Translations under genes and position numbers: made by a program
Part shown: positions 63,869 to 64,000 of the stretch, piece by piece
How positions within the stretch are numbered: the stretch's first letter is position 1
How the letters are laid out: every line of letters begins with the position of its first letter
DNA from: Octopus sinensis
Lineage: Eukaryota
Assembly (NCBI RefSeq): GCF_006345805.1
Contig: NC_043013.1
Location: 35,650,001 to 35,714,000, forward strand
Direction of reading: 5' to 3'
DNA: 64,000 bases
The notes under the pieces: model-generated
Seen by the model: the letters and a program-made list of their open reading frames with translations, nothing else
What the model was told of the DNA's origin: nothing
Databases searched by the model: none

Positions 63869-64000
63869 GTATGCTTGCACACTTTAATATATGTTTGTGT
63901 AAATGTATTATTTTGTGTTTGTGTGTGTTTTCACTAAAGAGATAAATAAGTATAGAAAAAAAAACAAATACAAAAGCAGTCACTTCCCATTGCTCCTAGG

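Overview
AT-rich, repeat-saturated eukaryotic DNA, intronic or intergenic. I found no convincing host exon. The microsatellite, SINE and LINE content resembles an octopus/cephalopod genome; this is inference from remembered repeat types, not a search. Almost all ORF-track entries are translations of microsatellites. The real coding remnants are all mobile: a 5'-truncated but stop-free RTE LINE (50984-54577) with a PHD-type finger inside the RT, R4/Dong-type and CR1-type LINE fragments, a Penelope GIY-YIG fragment, three Tc1/mariner remnants, Helitron, hAT and piggyBac-like elements, and several tRNA-headed SINE families. The main hidden signal is about 10 minimal type I hammerhead-ribozyme motifs from at least 7 unrelated sequence families. 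They include C3-G8 to G3-C8 and U3-A8 covariants and palindromic stem III (dimer type). They sit in 150-450 bp non-coding elements, often with inverted duplications and (TA)n flanks. One lies inside a GIY-YIG-coding Penelope foldback and one is joined to a tRNA-type Pol III head. Together they suggest a diverse population of ribozyme-bearing, Penelope-dependent non-autonomous retroelements (retrozyme-like). All structures were paired by eye; cleavage activity is untested. SINE boundaries are approximate.
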